Shown one piece after another: positions 15,763-26,469 of a stretch of 64,000 nt of DNA. The notes under the pieces are model-generated. The model saw only the letters and a program-made list of their open reading frames with translations. It made no database searches and was not told where the DNA came from. Positions within the stretch are counted from its first letter, which is position 1. Each line of letters starts with the position of its first letter. Origin of the DNA: an uncultured Actinotalea sp. (lineage in GTDB: Bacteria > Actinomycetota > Actinomycetes > Actinomycetales > Cellulomonadaceae); NCBI GenBank assembly GCA_964416715.1, contig CAYQFJ010000002.1, forward strand, positions 15,523 through 79,522, in the 5' to 3' direction. The translations under genes and the position numbers were made by a program.

Positions 15763-18657
15763 GTGATCAGGACACCGGTCGACCCCGCGCGCAGGAACGA
15801 CGCGGCGCACCCCGAGGGCGGCATGACCCTCGTCGAGATGATGGTCGCGCTGTTCCTGCTCACGCTGGTCGTCACGTCGCTGAGCCTGGTCATCACCAAC
15901 GGGATCCGCACCCAGACCGTGACCGAGCGCGCAGACCGGGCCACCGGGCTGACCCAGGTCATCATGTCCAAGGCCCGGCAGGCCGCCTTCGGCGAGCTCG
16001 GGTTCTACGACCAGGACACCACCGCCCCGGTCGGGAACGTGAACCTCCCGATCTCCCCGGTCACCACGGGCGGCACCGGGCCCAGCATCACCGAAGAAGC
16101 GGTCCAGCTCGGCCCCCGACCTCCCGGCAAGTCGACGTTCACCCCACCGGTGGATGAGTTCACCGACGACGGCATCGACTACCGCGTCACCACGTACGTC
16201 ACCTGGGTCCCGAACGCCGACGGGTCCACCCCCACAGCCAAGCGTGTCACCGTCGTCACCCAGTGGGCCCCCGCACCGGCCGACCTCACCGGGGACTGCA
16301 CCGACCAGGACACCCGCTGCGCCACCCAGTCGCTGGTGCGCACCGCGGCCGCATCCGACATCGACCCGGTCACCGGGCAGAGCCCCGAGTCGAGCTGCGA
16401 CCCGTCCACCGCCACGATCTGCTCGGCGTACGCCCGCGCCGGCCGCGTGCTCGACGGAGCCACGATGGCGTCGGTCAGCGACGCACCCCAGCAGGTCGCC
16501 CCGGTGGACCTGTTCGTGCACACCTCGAGCACCGCGACCTCGGTCAACGCGCAGTGGACGTGGTTGAACGCCGCGGGCACCCCGGTCAAGGTCGTGAACG
16601 TCCCCCTGTCCCCCGGTGGGGACGGGACCCGGTGGACTGCCCAGGTCGACCCCGACACCCAGGACGGGTCATCGACCCACAAGGGCGACATCCGACCCGG
16701 GGCCAACACGGTGACGTTCACCGCGACCATGGACGGCGGCACCGACACGGTGAACCGGCCGGTGTTCTGGTCCTACGGCCTGGGCGCAGATGCCAACACC
16801 GTGTCCGCCTCGATCGTCGACGCCACCACCTGGTGCTCACCGGTCGGCTCGGCCACCCCGGTCAGGTTCAAGGTCAGCGGGCACTCCATCGGGTTCACCC
16901 CGACCACGCAGAACGCAGGAGCCCAGGACCGCGTCGACGTCGTCTTCACTTCCACGACCGCTGGGACCACCAGGACCGAGACCGTCACTGCGACCGTCGA
17001 CCCGACGACCGTCGTCCAGCACGAGGACATCGCCCACGACATCGTGATCGGTGGGTGGGCCGAAGCCGTGTGGGAGGTCAACCCTCCGTCGACAGAGCAC
17101 TGCGACAACCGGGCCGTGTCCGTCCTGTTGCACCGCGCCGCGGACCAGACAACCACCCCCGTGGTCCTCCAGCTCCCGGCCGCGACGCCCGTCGCACCCG
17201 CGCTCGACACCCCCGACATCACCGCCGAGCTCGACACCGACGGGCAGGTGACCGTCACCTGGACCACTCCGCCGAGCACCGCCGAGTTCGTCGTCGCTCA
17301 CCAGGTCGACGGCGGACCCTGGGCCGAGCAGAGCACCGTCGACACGACGACCACGTTCACCCTCGACGAGGGCCAGGCGCTGACCGTACGGGTCAAGGCG
17401 CTCAACGGGTGGTCCTCGTCTGGTTGGTCCGACGAGGTCACCGTGACGAACAACCCCGGCGCCCCGGTCGTCGCCGCGGCACGGTCCGGTCGCGCCGCGA
17501 TCTTCACCTGGCCAGCAGCGCCCGGGGCCACCGGGTACGTCGTCGAGCACAGCATCGACGGCGGCACCCCGGTCGAGACCACCCCGACGGGTCGCACGTT
17601 CACGATCGACCTCGAGCGCGGGCAGACCGTCGACGTGAACGTGTACTCGACGTCCGGAGGAACCCGCAGCACCACCCCCGGCACCGCGAGCATCACCATG
17701 CCGCTGTGGGACCCGTTGACCCTGCAGTCCGGGTGGACGAACTACGGCGTCGGGTACTCCCCGGCCCAGTACACGCGCTCCACCGACGGTGTCGTGGTGC
17801 TGACCGGCCTGATCCGGTACGGCGCCACGGACAACGACACCCTCCTGGGGACCCTCCCGGTCGGGTACCGGCCCGACAGCACCCTGATCTTCCGGTCCGC
17901 GGAGGGCGGGGGCGACGTCGCCCGCGTCGACGTGTACACCGACGGGCGTGTCGTCCTGACCCGGGCACCGACCACCGCAAGCTCGTGGGTCTCGCTGAGC
18001 GGCATCACGTTCCTGGCGGCCGACGCACCGGTGACCCGCACCCCGGTCGATCTGCTGGCCGGCTGGACGAACTACGGCGGGTCCTACGCGGACCTGACGT
18101 CCGCGCTCGACGGGTCAGGACGGGTGCACCTGCAGGGGCTCATCCGGCCCGGCACGACCACCGCCGGCACGTTCATCGGTTGGCTGCCCACCGCTCACCG
18201 CTCCGATGAGCACCTGTACTTCAGCTCGCTGTCGGCCAACGCGTTCAACGAGGTCGTGCTCAGCGACACCATCCGCACCACCAGCATCACCGGGCCCGGG
18301 TGGTTGTCCATCCAGGCGATGTACTACGGGACCGGCCAGGGGACGTGGACCGCCCCAACCCTTCAGAGCGGGTGGCAGCGGTACTCCACCACCTTCCCCA
18401 CTCTGCAGTACAGCAAGGGTGCGGACGGGATCGTGACGCTGCGCGGCCTGGTCAAGGGTGGTTCCACGACCAACGAGACGGTCGTCGCGAACCTTCCGCC
18501 CGGGTACCGGCCCGCTGGGCGGCAGATCACCCCCATCGTGTCTAACCACGCGCACGGACGTGTCGACGTCACCGCCAGCGGCGACATCGTGGTCCGCGCA
18601 CCGATCCACTCGGCGTGGGTCTCCGTGGACGGCATCAGCTTCATGGCAGAGCAGTAA
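15763..18657 (+). CDS. Large pilin-like adhesin: prepilin motif, FnIII-like repeats and three C-terminal tail-fibre-like repeats
   Basis: PEGG|MTLVEMMVALFLL; FnIII-like VTVTW...VRVKALNGWSSSGWS; three L(Q/L)(S/A)GW..Y...LP...R modules; start uncertain (ORF track 15736). Confidence 0.75.
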   Translation: MIRTPVDPARRNDAAHPEGGMTLVEMMVALFLLTLVVTSLSLVITNGIRTQTVTERADRATGLTQVIMSKARQAAFGELGFYDQDTTAPVGNVNLPISPVTTGGTGPSITEEAVQLGPRPPGKSTFTPPVDEFTDDGIDYRVTTYVTWVPNADGSTPTAKRVTVVTQWAPAPADLTGDCTDQDTRCATQSLVRTAAASDIDPVTGQSPESSCDPSTATICSAYARAGRVLDGATMASVSDAPQQVAPVDLFVHTSSTATSVNAQWTWLNAAGTPVKVVNVPLSPGGDGTRWTAQVDPDTQDGSSTHKGDIRPGANTVTFTATMDGGTDTVNRPVFWSYGLGADANTVSASIVDATTWCSPVGSATPVRFKVSGHSIGFTPTTQNAGAQDRVDVVFTSTTAGTTRTETVTATVDPTTVVQHEDIAHDIVIGGWAEAVWEVNPPSTEHCDNRAVSVLLHRAADQTTTPVVLQLPAATPVAPALDTPDITAELDTDGQVTVTWTTPPSTAEFVVAHQVDGGPWAEQSTVDTTTTFTLDEGQALTVRVKALNGWSSSGWSDEVTVTNNPGAPVVAAARSGRAAIFTWPAAPGATGYVVEHSIDGGTPVETTPTGRTFTIDLERGQTVDVNVYSTSGGTRSTTPGTASITMPLWDPLTLQSGWTNYGVGYSPAQYTRSTDGVVVLTGLIRYGATDNDTLLGTLPVGYRPDSTLIFRSAEGGGDVARVDVYTDGRVVLTRAPTTASSWVSLSGITFLAADAPVTRTPVDLLAGWTNYGGSYADLTSALDGSGRVHLQGLIRPGTTTAGTFIGWLPTAHRSDEHLYFSSLSANAFNEVVLSDTIRTTSITGPGWLSIQAMYYGTGQGTWTAPTLQSGWQRYSTTFPTLQYSKGADGIVTLRGLVKGGSTTNETVVANLPPGYRPAGRQITPIVSNHAHGRVDVTASGDIVVRAPIHSAWVSVDGISFMAEQ

Positions 18658-18667
18658 GGGACAGCCG

Positions 18668-21600
18668 ATGCTCACATTCAAGCGCCGGATCCACGGCCAC
18701 CACGAGGACGGGTCGATCGCCTGGGCGATGCTCGTCGCGATCGCCCTGACCATGCTCGGGTCGGTGTTCGTCGCCTCCCTGGTGTCCACGGTGCACCGGT
18801 CCAAGGCCACCACCGACGCGACCATGCTGACCCAGTACACCGACGTGGCCGTCGCCGCAGCGATCGCAGACCTGAACACCGGGTCCCCCGTCGCCGCCAC
18901 CCTCGCCGACTCCGACATGACGTGCGAGGAAGTGTCGAACAGGGCCATGTGCTACCGGTACTGGGCACTGCCCGTACCCGCCAACGCCGCCGACCCGGTC
19001 CGGTACGACCTGGTCACCCGCGTGTGGATCGACCCCGGCGACCTCACCGACCCCGAGAAGGACGGGCTGCTGGTCCGGTCGATGAAGACCCCACTGGAAG
19101 TCATCACTTACCAGACCGCCGGAGCCCTCGCCCCCACCCTCGAGGACGGGTACGTCGCCTACCAGCCCACACCCGGGGGCCTGTTCGCCAACGCTATCCA
19201 CTCCTTCACCCGGTCCACCCTGTCCGGGCCCGCGCTGACGGTCCGGTCCTACAACTCCCAGACCGGGGACACCGGCACCCGGGCTGCGACCGTGTCGTCC
19301 TCCGGGTGGCTCTCGTTCGGCAACGCCACCCAGGCCGACCTGACCGTCCTGTACGGGGGCGCGTCCGCCGCCGGGGACTTCACCTCCCGGTGCACCGGGG
19401 AAGCGTGCCTGGAGTCCGGTACCCGGGTCATCGAGGCGACGTACGCCACACCGACCGACGCGTCCGTGCAGTGGATGCGCACCGTCGGTGCCACCGCGTG
19501 CAACCTCACCATCGACGGTGACTGGGTCGCGTCGGCCCACGACGGTCAGCTGCCGGCCGGGGTCACCTGCATCAACGGGTCGCTGATCGTCGACACCGCC
19601 ACCACGACCACGTCCCCGATGACGACCCTGTACGTCAATGGGGTCGTCCAGATCCGTGACGACCTCAACCCGCCGCTGACCGGTCAGCTCGCCACCCCCG
19701 CCGGGCTGACGATCTACTCCACCGGCGGGGCCATCGCGTTCGATGCCCCCGCGGGGACCGCGATCTCCGCACTGACGTACGCGCCCCTGGCGGCGTGCGG
19801 CACGAACCCTGCGAGCAGCGAGAAGGTCACTTACTACGGGTCCCTGGTCTGCAACACCGTGTCCCTCGGCGGGGCGTGGGAGCACCTGTACGACGACGCC
19901 GCCGTCGCCGAGTACGTCGACCCGGTCCCCGGGGCGGCCAAGACGTTCTCCCCCGGTGTGCCCGGTGCGGTCGACTTCGATGAGTTCCACGTCCCGGAGA
20001 ACTACATCCCCGCGTCCTGCGCGGTGACCGCACCCACCGGTGCCGCCGGGTACTGGAAGCTCGACGAACCGGGGATCCTGGCACGGGACTCGTCCGGGCA
20101 GGGCAAGGACGCCGGCTGGCTCACCACCGGGGGTGGCCGACCCGACGGGGTCTGCTCACAGGGCGCGGCAGCGCACACCGGCGGGGCAGTCACCGGTACC
20201 CACCCCATGACGTTCGTCCACGGGATGAGCGTCGAATACTGGGCGAAGGGCCTGCTCGGGTCGCCGGTGGACGTCGGCGGTGTCCGTGTCGGCCACGACG
20301 ACACCGACCACGTGACCGTCACGATCAGTGGCGCCACGCACCGGGTGCCGTTCACCGTCCAGAACACCGACGCCTGGCACCTGTACACCCTGACCGTCGA
20401 CGCCGACGGGGCGGTGACCTTGTACGTCGACGGTCAGGCCAAGGGCACCGTGTCCACCGGGACACCCCCGGCGACCCTCAGCGGCAAGCTCACCATCGCC
20501 GACGGGACCGCGGGTGCGGTCGACGAGGTCGTCGCCTACGACTCCGTCCTGACCGCCGGGACGGTCGCGGATCGGTACACGTGGTGGGTCGACACCGTCA
20601 GCCCGACCACGGCCGACCCGGGCACACCGTTCACGGCACCCACCGGCGTCGCCGACGACGGCACGACCCCCACCCTGCTGGGTGTGCGCTGGAACGTCCC
20701 GACCGGGACCTTCCCGACCGAATCGGAGCTCACCAGCTACCGCGTGGAGGTCGCTGACACCACCGCCGGCCCGTGGACGCAGATCGGGACGACGAACGGT
20801 GCGGCCACCACCTGGCAGCAGTCTGACCCGCCGTTGGGGTCGCTGCAGTACCGGGTGTGCGCGGTGTACAACGGCGACGAACGTTGCTCTGGCCCGGTCG
20901 GCATCGTCACCCTCGAGCCGCCCGTGGCACCGACGGTCAGCATCGCCATCAACGGCACCCAGGCCACGGCAACATGGAACGCGGTCCCGTTCGCCGACGA
21001 GTACAAGGTGTACTACCGGATCGACGGGGGTTCCTGGATCCTCGCCCACGACGCCACCACCACCCGCAGCTACACGCGCACGGTGCCCGCGGGCACTCAG
21101 GTCGGTGTGCGGGTGATGGGACGCAATGCCGCGGGTCTGGGCGCCGCAGGTGAGGCGCACGCCACCTCTGTGCCCGCCGCACCGGCCGTCACCGTCAGCT
21201 CGACGAGCGTCGACCGGGCGACGTTCACCTGGCCGGCGGTCAAGGGCGCCACCGGGTACTACGTCGCCGAACGGTGCAACGGCGACAGCTGGACGTACTC
21301 GACGCAGACGTCCCGGAGCAAGGCGGTCCGCTGCAACCAGGGTGATGTGGCGCGCATCGCGGTGCGCGCCCAGAACGCCTCCGGCAACTCGGCGTACACG
21401 TACGTCGACGAGTACCTGCTGATCAACAAGCCCACCGTCGGCTCCATGTACGGGTGGTCCGACTTCGAGTGGATCTACGCACGGCTCAACGGGGTCAGCT
21501 GCCCCGCCGGCACAGTCGTGCAGTCCCGGGCCACCACCCGGTGGGACGGGCAGGACTGGGGTGCGTGGTCGACGTACGCGAACACCGGCCGGGCGACCCA

Positions 21601-22015
21601 GTCGCTGGACTACGGGTCGCGGACCTTCTCCTACGACCGGGACCTGGACGTGTCGATCCGGGTGCGGTGCGCCAACACCTACAGCGGCACCGTCAGCGCC
21701 GAGACCAGCAGCCAGATCGTGCAGAACCTCATGCACCCGGTGCCCTCGCCCACGGGCCTGAACGTCCAGGTCGGTGGCACGGGTGCGACCTACCGGGCAG
21801 CCCAGTGGGCGGCGACCTGCCCCGCGAACACGTCGATCCGGTACGGCTTCTCGATCAACGCGACGACGTTCACCTACGGGCAGTCGCACATCACGTACAC
21901 CCGGTACGAGCGCACAGCCCAGGCGTGGGGCAACGGGTCGATCCTGGTCGCCGCGTACTGCCAGTCCCCCGGTGGCCGGACCGGCTCCCAGGTGTCCGTC
22001 AGCCGGAACTTCTGA
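18668..22015 (+). CDS. Large PilX-like minor pilin/adhesin with LamG and FnIII-like domains
   Basis: HEDG|SIAWAMLVAIALTML; LamG-like GYWKLDE...WHLYTLTVD...TLYVDG...DEVVAYDSVL; FnIII-like repeats. Confidence 0.72.
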   Translation: MLTFKRRIHGHHEDGSIAWAMLVAIALTMLGSVFVASLVSTVHRSKATTDATMLTQYTDVAVAAAIADLNTGSPVAATLADSDMTCEEVSNRAMCYRYWALPVPANAADPVRYDLVTRVWIDPGDLTDPEKDGLLVRSMKTPLEVITYQTAGALAPTLEDGYVAYQPTPGGLFANAIHSFTRSTLSGPALTVRSYNSQTGDTGTRAATVSSSGWLSFGNATQADLTVLYGGASAAGDFTSRCTGEACLESGTRVIEATYATPTDASVQWMRTVGATACNLTIDGDWVASAHDGQLPAGVTCINGSLIVDTATTTTSPMTTLYVNGVVQIRDDLNPPLTGQLATPAGLTIYSTGGAIAFDAPAGTAISALTYAPLAACGTNPASSEKVTYYGSLVCNTVSLGGAWEHLYDDAAVAEYVDPVPGAAKTFSPGVPGAVDFDEFHVPENYIPASCAVTAPTGAAGYWKLDEPGILARDSSGQGKDAGWLTTGGGRPDGVCSQGAAAHTGGAVTGTHPMTFVHGMSVEYWAKGLLGSPVDVGGVRVGHDDTDHVTVTISGATHRVPFTVQNTDAWHLYTLTVDADGAVTLYVDGQAKGTVSTGTPPATLSGKLTIADGTAGAVDEVVAYDSVLTAGTVADRYTWWVDTVSPTTADPGTPFTAPTGVADDGTTPTLLGVRWNVPTGTFPTESELTSYRVEVADTTAGPWTQIGTTNGAATTWQQSDPPLGSLQYRVCAVYNGDERCSGPVGIVTLEPPVAPTVSIAINGTQATATWNAVPFADEYKVYYRIDGGSWILAHDATTTRSYTRTVPAGTQVGVRVMGRNAAGLGAAGEAHATSVPAAPAVTVSSTSVDRATFTWPAVKGATGYYVAERCNGDSWTYSTQTSRSKAVRCNQGDVARIAVRAQNASGNSAYTYVDEYLLINKPTVGSMYGWSDFEWIYARLNGVSCPAGTVVQSRATTRWDGQDWGAWSTYANTGRATQSLDYGSRTFSYDRDLDVSIRVRCANTYSGTVSAETSSQIVQNLMHPVPSPTGLNVQVGGTGATYRAAQWAATCPANTSIRYGFSINATTFTYGQSHITYTRYERTAQAWGNGSILVAAYCQSPGGRTGSQVSVSRNF

Positions 22016-22030
22016 CCGAAAGGAGCCCCA

Positions 22031-22648
22031 ATGAAGTCGCGCGCCCGCAACACCATCGTCGTGGTCCCACTGGTGGTCGCCGCTGCCCTGGCCGGCGGAC
22101 TGGTGGGCAAGCACCTCGCCGAACAGGAGCTCCAGGAGGCGCTCAACAGCCAGGCAGAGGACGGGATCGTCCACGAAGCGGAGACGTTGACCGTCGAAGA
22201 CGTACCGAACCCCGACCTGCCGGCCGGCACCCGGCCCGGTGACACGTTCGACACGCACCCTGGACCGCTGGACCCACCGCTGGGGGTGTGGGCGCGGCAG
22301 GACGGCACGTTCCTGGTCATCGACCGCGACGTCGACCTGCCGCAGGCCGTTGAGGACGAGCTCACCAGCGTGTTGCGGGCCGCGACCACCGAGTCCGACC
22401 CCACCGTCCAGGCGACGACCCTGCAAGCCCAGTACGAGGCGCTGCACGACGCCACCGGGGCGAACCTCGTCGTGTCCTGGTCGCACGAGGGCGGATGGAC
22501 GACCTGGTCGGCGAAGTACGACGGGCCCGACCTGCACATCAACGTCCAGGACTCCCCGGACCGCCAGGCCGCCGACTCCTACACCCAGGCACTGACAACG
22601 GCCGCGACCGAACCGGTGCACCTGGTCATCATCGAGCCCGCACCGTGA
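22031..22648 (+). CDS. Membrane-anchored hypothetical protein
   Basis: AGGAG RBS; N-terminal hydrophobic helix. Confidence 0.65.
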   Translation: MKSRARNTIVVVPLVVAAALAGGLVGKHLAEQELQEALNSQAEDGIVHEAETLTVEDVPNPDLPAGTRPGDTFDTHPGPLDPPLGVWARQDGTFLVIDRDVDLPQAVEDELTSVLRAATTESDPTVQATTLQAQYEALHDATGANLVVSWSHEGGWTTWSAKYDGPDLHINVQDSPDRQAADSYTQALTTAATEPVHLVIIEPAP

Positions 22649-22818
22649 TCGACCCAGACAGTGATGGTGCCCTCGACGAGGGAGTCGACGCCGCCGAGCT
22701 CCTGGGGTGGCCGCACCGAGCAGCGCCCCCTGTGCGCGCGGTCCCGAAGTCACCGAGCACCCCGGAGCTCAGGGAACAGTACGCCCAGGCTCTCGCCGAG
22801 CTCGCTGACCTCGACTAG
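22645..22818 (+). CDS. Small acidic hypothetical protein
   Basis: GTGA overlap with the upstream stop; VIDPDSDGALDEG... Confidence 0.35.
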   Translation: MIDPDSDGALDEGVDAAELLGWPHRAAPPVRAVPKSPSTPELREQYAQALAELADLD

Positions 22819-22898
22819 GCACGGGCCGGAACGGACCCCACAACCGCGAGACGCCCGGCCCAGGGATGCAGACCCACCGCCTAACCCGTGGGCCCGTC

Positions 22899-24467
22899 TC
22901 AGGAAGCAGCGGCCAGGCACAGTGCGCGAACCCGAGGGTTAGCCCACCGGTACGCCACGACCGCACCGAGCGCCGCAGCACCCAGCACGCACAGCGCCGC
23001 CCCCAGCGCCTGCACGACCAACGGCGCAGGTGTGCCCGTCGCGCTGACGGCGACCGACCCCGACGTCGCCAACCATCCCACCAGGCCCGGGAACACCAGC
23101 AGCCGCAGCGACGCGGAGGCGGCCCTCGAGGCCGAGAGCATCCCGTCCCCCTTCACCGTGCGAGCAGGCACTGGGTGACGCACCGCGTGCCACAGACACA
23201 CGGACGTCACCAACGACGTCACCGCCACCGCTGTGAGCAGCGCACTGACCGCTGACGTCACCGAGACGCGACCGGCCAGCAGGCCGGGGGTCAACGCCAC
23301 CACGACCAAGGTCAGCGTGACCAGGCACGCCCACCCCGCCCATACCCCGAGCAGCCGCCTCGACTGCCCAGGCAGGGAAGCCAACCACGCGTTCGCCTCA
23401 CCGGTCATCGCCGCAACGTTGTCCGTCCACGCCAAGCCCACCACCACCGGCAACCCGACACCCACCGCCCACACCGCGGCCGGGACGTGCCCAGCCACCA
23501 GCACACCGGCCGCCGCCAGGACCGTCACCGCCACCAACGGGGCCACGATCGGGCCGGTGCGCACGAACGAGCGCACCACCACCGCGACCAAGGCTCCCAC
23601 CGGTCGTACCGGCATCGACCCGGCAACCCGACCCGGCACCACGGACGGCGCAGCCCCAACCGTGGCGGCGACCACCCGCGAGCACCACACCCACCCGGCC
23701 CGACCGCACCCGGCGCCGACGAGCACAGCCCCCGCGACCGCGACCGCCACGGGTGCGTCCAGCAGCCACCACGTGAACACCGGAACCAGCCCAAACACGC
23801 TGCCCCCCGCCCCGGGGACCGCCACGGCGACCAGCACCCCTGCACCCAGCACCACCACCAGCACGGCGATGACCGCCCGGCGTGCGCGGCGCACGACCCG
23901 AGACCCCCACAGCACCGCCTGTGACGCCAGCACCAGGACCAACCACCCGACCCAGGACAACGCCACCGCCCTGGCGCGCCCGGCCCCGTCCACCGACAGC
24001 AGACCGGCCAACGCCGTCAGCGCGAGCATCTGAATGAGCGTCACCAGGGAGGTGACGTGCACGGCCAGCGCCGACACGTACGGGTGCATCCGAGAGGTCC
24101 GCATCCCCACGAGCTCGTGCGCCGGCATCAACGTGGGCGCCGACGGGGAGACCAGTGGGGTAACGACCGTCACCGCGAAGCAGAACACCAGCACCGTCGA
24201 GGCGATCGCCCCGAACCCGGCCTGCACCCACTGGCGCAAGTACGCCGATGCGACCACCCCCTGCACGGTCGTCTGCCCGTCCGTCTCGGCGACCAGCCGG
24301 ATCAGGTCCCCGGCCTGTGCCGCCAACGACAACCCCGACGCCGCGACGAGCAGCCCGACCCACAACCACACCCGCGACACGGCCGACCTCACCGTCCGCC
24401 ACTTCGCGGCCGCGACGAGGCGGGCAGTGACCCACGCGGAACCGAACGCACCGACCCGGTGATCCAT
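22899..24467 (-). CDS. Multi-pass membrane protein, putative ABC transporter permease
   Basis: Many hydrophobic segments; coupled to the ABC ATPase (TGATG); start MDHRVGAFG. Confidence 0.7.
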   Translation of the reverse strand: MDHRVGAFGSAWVTARLVAAAKWRTVRSAVSRVWLWVGLLVAASGLSLAAQAGDLIRLVAETDGQTTVQGVVASAYLRQWVQAGFGAIASTVLVFCFAVTVVTPLVSPSAPTLMPAHELVGMRTSRMHPYVSALAVHVTSLVTLIQMLALTALAGLLSVDGAGRARAVALSWVGWLVLVLASQAVLWGSRVVRRARRAVIAVLVVVLGAGVLVAVAVPGAGGSVFGLVPVFTWWLLDAPVAVAVAGAVLVGAGCGRAGWVWCSRVVAATVGAAPSVVPGRVAGSMPVRPVGALVAVVVRSFVRTGPIVAPLVAVTVLAAAGVLVAGHVPAAVWAVGVGLPVVVGLAWTDNVAAMTGEANAWLASLPGQSRRLLGVWAGWACLVTLTLVVVALTPGLLAGRVSVTSAVSALLTAVAVTSLVTSVCLWHAVRHPVPARTVKGDGMLSASRAASASLRLLVFPGLVGWLATSGSVAVSATGTPAPLVVQALGAALCVLGAAALGAVVAYRWANPRVRALCLAAAS

Positions 24468-25270
24468 CAAGCGCTCCGCAGGCCGCGCCGGCCGCGGCGC
24501 AGCACCGAGACAGAGCCGCGCCGGTCCCCCGTCAGCAGCCGCTGGTACCGCGCCTGCCCCAGCGGTCCGGTGAACGCCTGCGCACGGCCCCGGCCGGCCA
24601 CCCGGCCGTCCACCATCACGGCCACCTGGTCGGCGATCGTCACCGCGAGATCCACCAGGTGCGTGGAGACGACCACCGCCACACCGGCCGCCGCTGCCTG
24701 CTTCACCAGTGCCGTGATCGTTGCCGACCCCAGCTGGTCGACCCCGTCGAACGGCTCGTCCAGCAGCAGCACGTCCCTGGACGTCAGCACCGCCAGCAGG
24801 ACGGAGGTGCGGCGGGACATCCCGTGGGAGAACGACCCGGTCGGCCGGTCCAGCACACGGGTCAGGTCCAGCCGCTCGGCCAGGTCGTACGCCTGCGGCC
24901 ACCGGTCCACCGCACCGACCGACGCCAGGGCCAGGCCGATGCACTCCCGGACCGTCAGCGCCGGCGGCAACCCACCGGTGTCCGGGCAGTACCCGGTCAC
25001 AGCTCGAGCGAGGTCGACCTGCTTCGGGTCTGCGACGTCGTGACCGGCGACCAGGACCCGGCCGGACGTCGGCGGCATCACGCCCGCCGCGACGGCCATC
25101 GTGCTCGACTTGCCCGCCCCGTTGCCGCCGAGCAACGCCAGGACCTGCCCGGGGCGCACGGCCAGGTCGACCTCGTCGACGGCGCGGTGTCCACCGGGGT
25201 ACTCCACGACGAGGTCAGTGACCTGCACCAGCGCCTCACCCTGAACAACCATGTCAGTCCTCTCATTCAC
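24467..25270 (-). CDS. ABC transporter ATP-binding protein
   Basis: Walker A GGNGAGKS, signature FSHGM, Walker B LLLDEPFDGVD, STH. Confidence 0.92.
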   Translation of the reverse strand: MNERTDMVVQGEALVQVTDLVVEYPGGHRAVDEVDLAVRPGQVLALLGGNGAGKSSTMAVAAGVMPPTSGRVLVAGHDVADPKQVDLARAVTGYCPDTGGLPPALTVRECIGLALASVGAVDRWPQAYDLAERLDLTRVLDRPTGSFSHGMSRRTSVLLAVLTSRDVLLLDEPFDGVDQLGSATITALVKQAAAAGVAVVVSTHLVDLAVTIADQVAVMVDGRVAGRGRAQAFTGPLGQARYQRLLTGDRRGSVSVLRRGRRGLRSA

Positions 25271-25278
25271 CTAGACGC

Positions 25279-25950
25279 TCACGTGCCTTGCCGGTCGAAC
25301 GCCGCAGGGGGCGGGGTCCCGTCGGCCCCCGGTGCCGGAGACGCCTGGGCGAACAGGTCGTCGATCACCTCGGCGTCAGGCGTGTCGCACGCCTGGGTCA
25401 AACCCCACGCGGCGGCGGCGAACAGCCCGTCGAACCGGTCGACCCGGTCGGCCGGCCACGTCCGGACCGTCGCGGCCCACTGCGGGTTCTGCGCCACGAG
25501 CTCCACCAGTGCGGTCCTCACAGACTCGGGTGCGTCCGGCGCGACCCAGATCGCCCGCTCCCCGAACCACATCCCGTGCAGCACCTGCTCCGGGGTCGCC
25601 GCCACGTCGCCCGGTTCGGGCCGGTCGTGTGCGAACCACCCAGCCACCGGGACGGCCGGGTAGTAGGGCAGGTCGCCGGTGTACGGCACCCACCCCGTCT
25701 TCGACGTGGGCGTCTGTACGTGCTGCACCGGACCGCAGCCGACCGCCAGGGCGCGCACGGTCGGGCGGCTGTCCCAGCCTTGGGACGTGACCGTGACGTC
25801 CGGGGTGTGCGGCGACGTCAGCGCGGCAACGCCGGCGACCACAACGAGGGCCGCGGCCGCCACCCCGGTGAGCAGGCCACGAACCGTCCACGTCCGTCCC
25901 CGGGAACGACGTGGGTCGTGCGGTGGGGCCCACCACGGTTGACCGTTCAC
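25279..25950 (-). CDS. Membrane-anchored protein, DUF3105-like
   Basis: TM helix followed by PYYPAVPVAGW...EQVLHGMWFGERAIW...AAAWG. Confidence 0.5.
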   Translation of the reverse strand: MNGQPWWAPPHDPRRSRGRTWTVRGLLTGVAAAALVVVAGVAALTSPHTPDVTVTSQGWDSRPTVRALAVGCGPVQHVQTPTSKTGWVPYTGDLPYYPAVPVAGWFAHDRPEPGDVAATPEQVLHGMWFGERAIWVAPDAPESVRTALVELVAQNPQWAATVRTWPADRVDRFDGLFAAAAWGLTQACDTPDAEVIDDLFAQASPAPGADGTPPPAAFDRQGT

Positions 25951-26423
25951 GCGAGCCGGTCCACACGGGTGACCGCCCCTGGGTGCAGCGTGCGCACCAC
26001 GTCCCCGTCGATGACCCGGAGCATCCACTGCCCCAGCCGCAGCACCCCGTCGACCTGCTGGCCGTCGGTCAGGGTCACACGCACCCGACGTCCGTCACCG
26101 TCGGACAGGTCGACCCGGGCCCCTGAGGCCAGGGTGTACTTCGACGCCGCGCGCTTCGTCCACCGGCCGTACCCCGCCGACAGGGGGAACGCTTTGCCGA
26201 CGACCTCCAACGCCTGGTCGGCGCTGGTGTCGAAGTCCACACCGGTGCCCGCGCCGACGACCACCGACCCGGAGGTCTTGACCTCCCAGGTCCACCGGTC
26301 CGACTCGCACGACACCAGCGCGTCGAAGTCCCGGGTGTGCCACAGCCACTGGCTGTACTGGCCGGACTGGCTGAACTGCCACGGCACCGTGGCGTCGACG
26401 ACGGTGGAAGCTGAAGAGTTCAC
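25947..26423 (-). CDS. Hypothetical protein
   Basis: GTG start with AGGAC RBS; coupled to the downstream gene. Confidence 0.5.
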   Translation of the reverse strand: MNSSASTVVDATVPWQFSQSGQYSQWLWHTRDFDALVSCESDRWTWEVKTSGSVVVGAGTGVDFDTSADQALEVVGKAFPLSAGYGRWTKRAASKYTLASGARVDLSDGDGRRVRVTLTDGQQVDGVLRLGQWMLRVIDGDVVRTLHPGAVTRVDRLA

Positions 26424-26469
26424 GGCTCGTCCTTGTCCTGATCGGTCTGCATGCACGTCTGGGGGACAG

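Noticed and set aside
20156-22753. 865-aa minus-strand ORF
   Set aside because: Shadow of the LamG/FnIII adhesin gene; Arg/Gly/Val-rich composition typical of GC-rich antisense frames.
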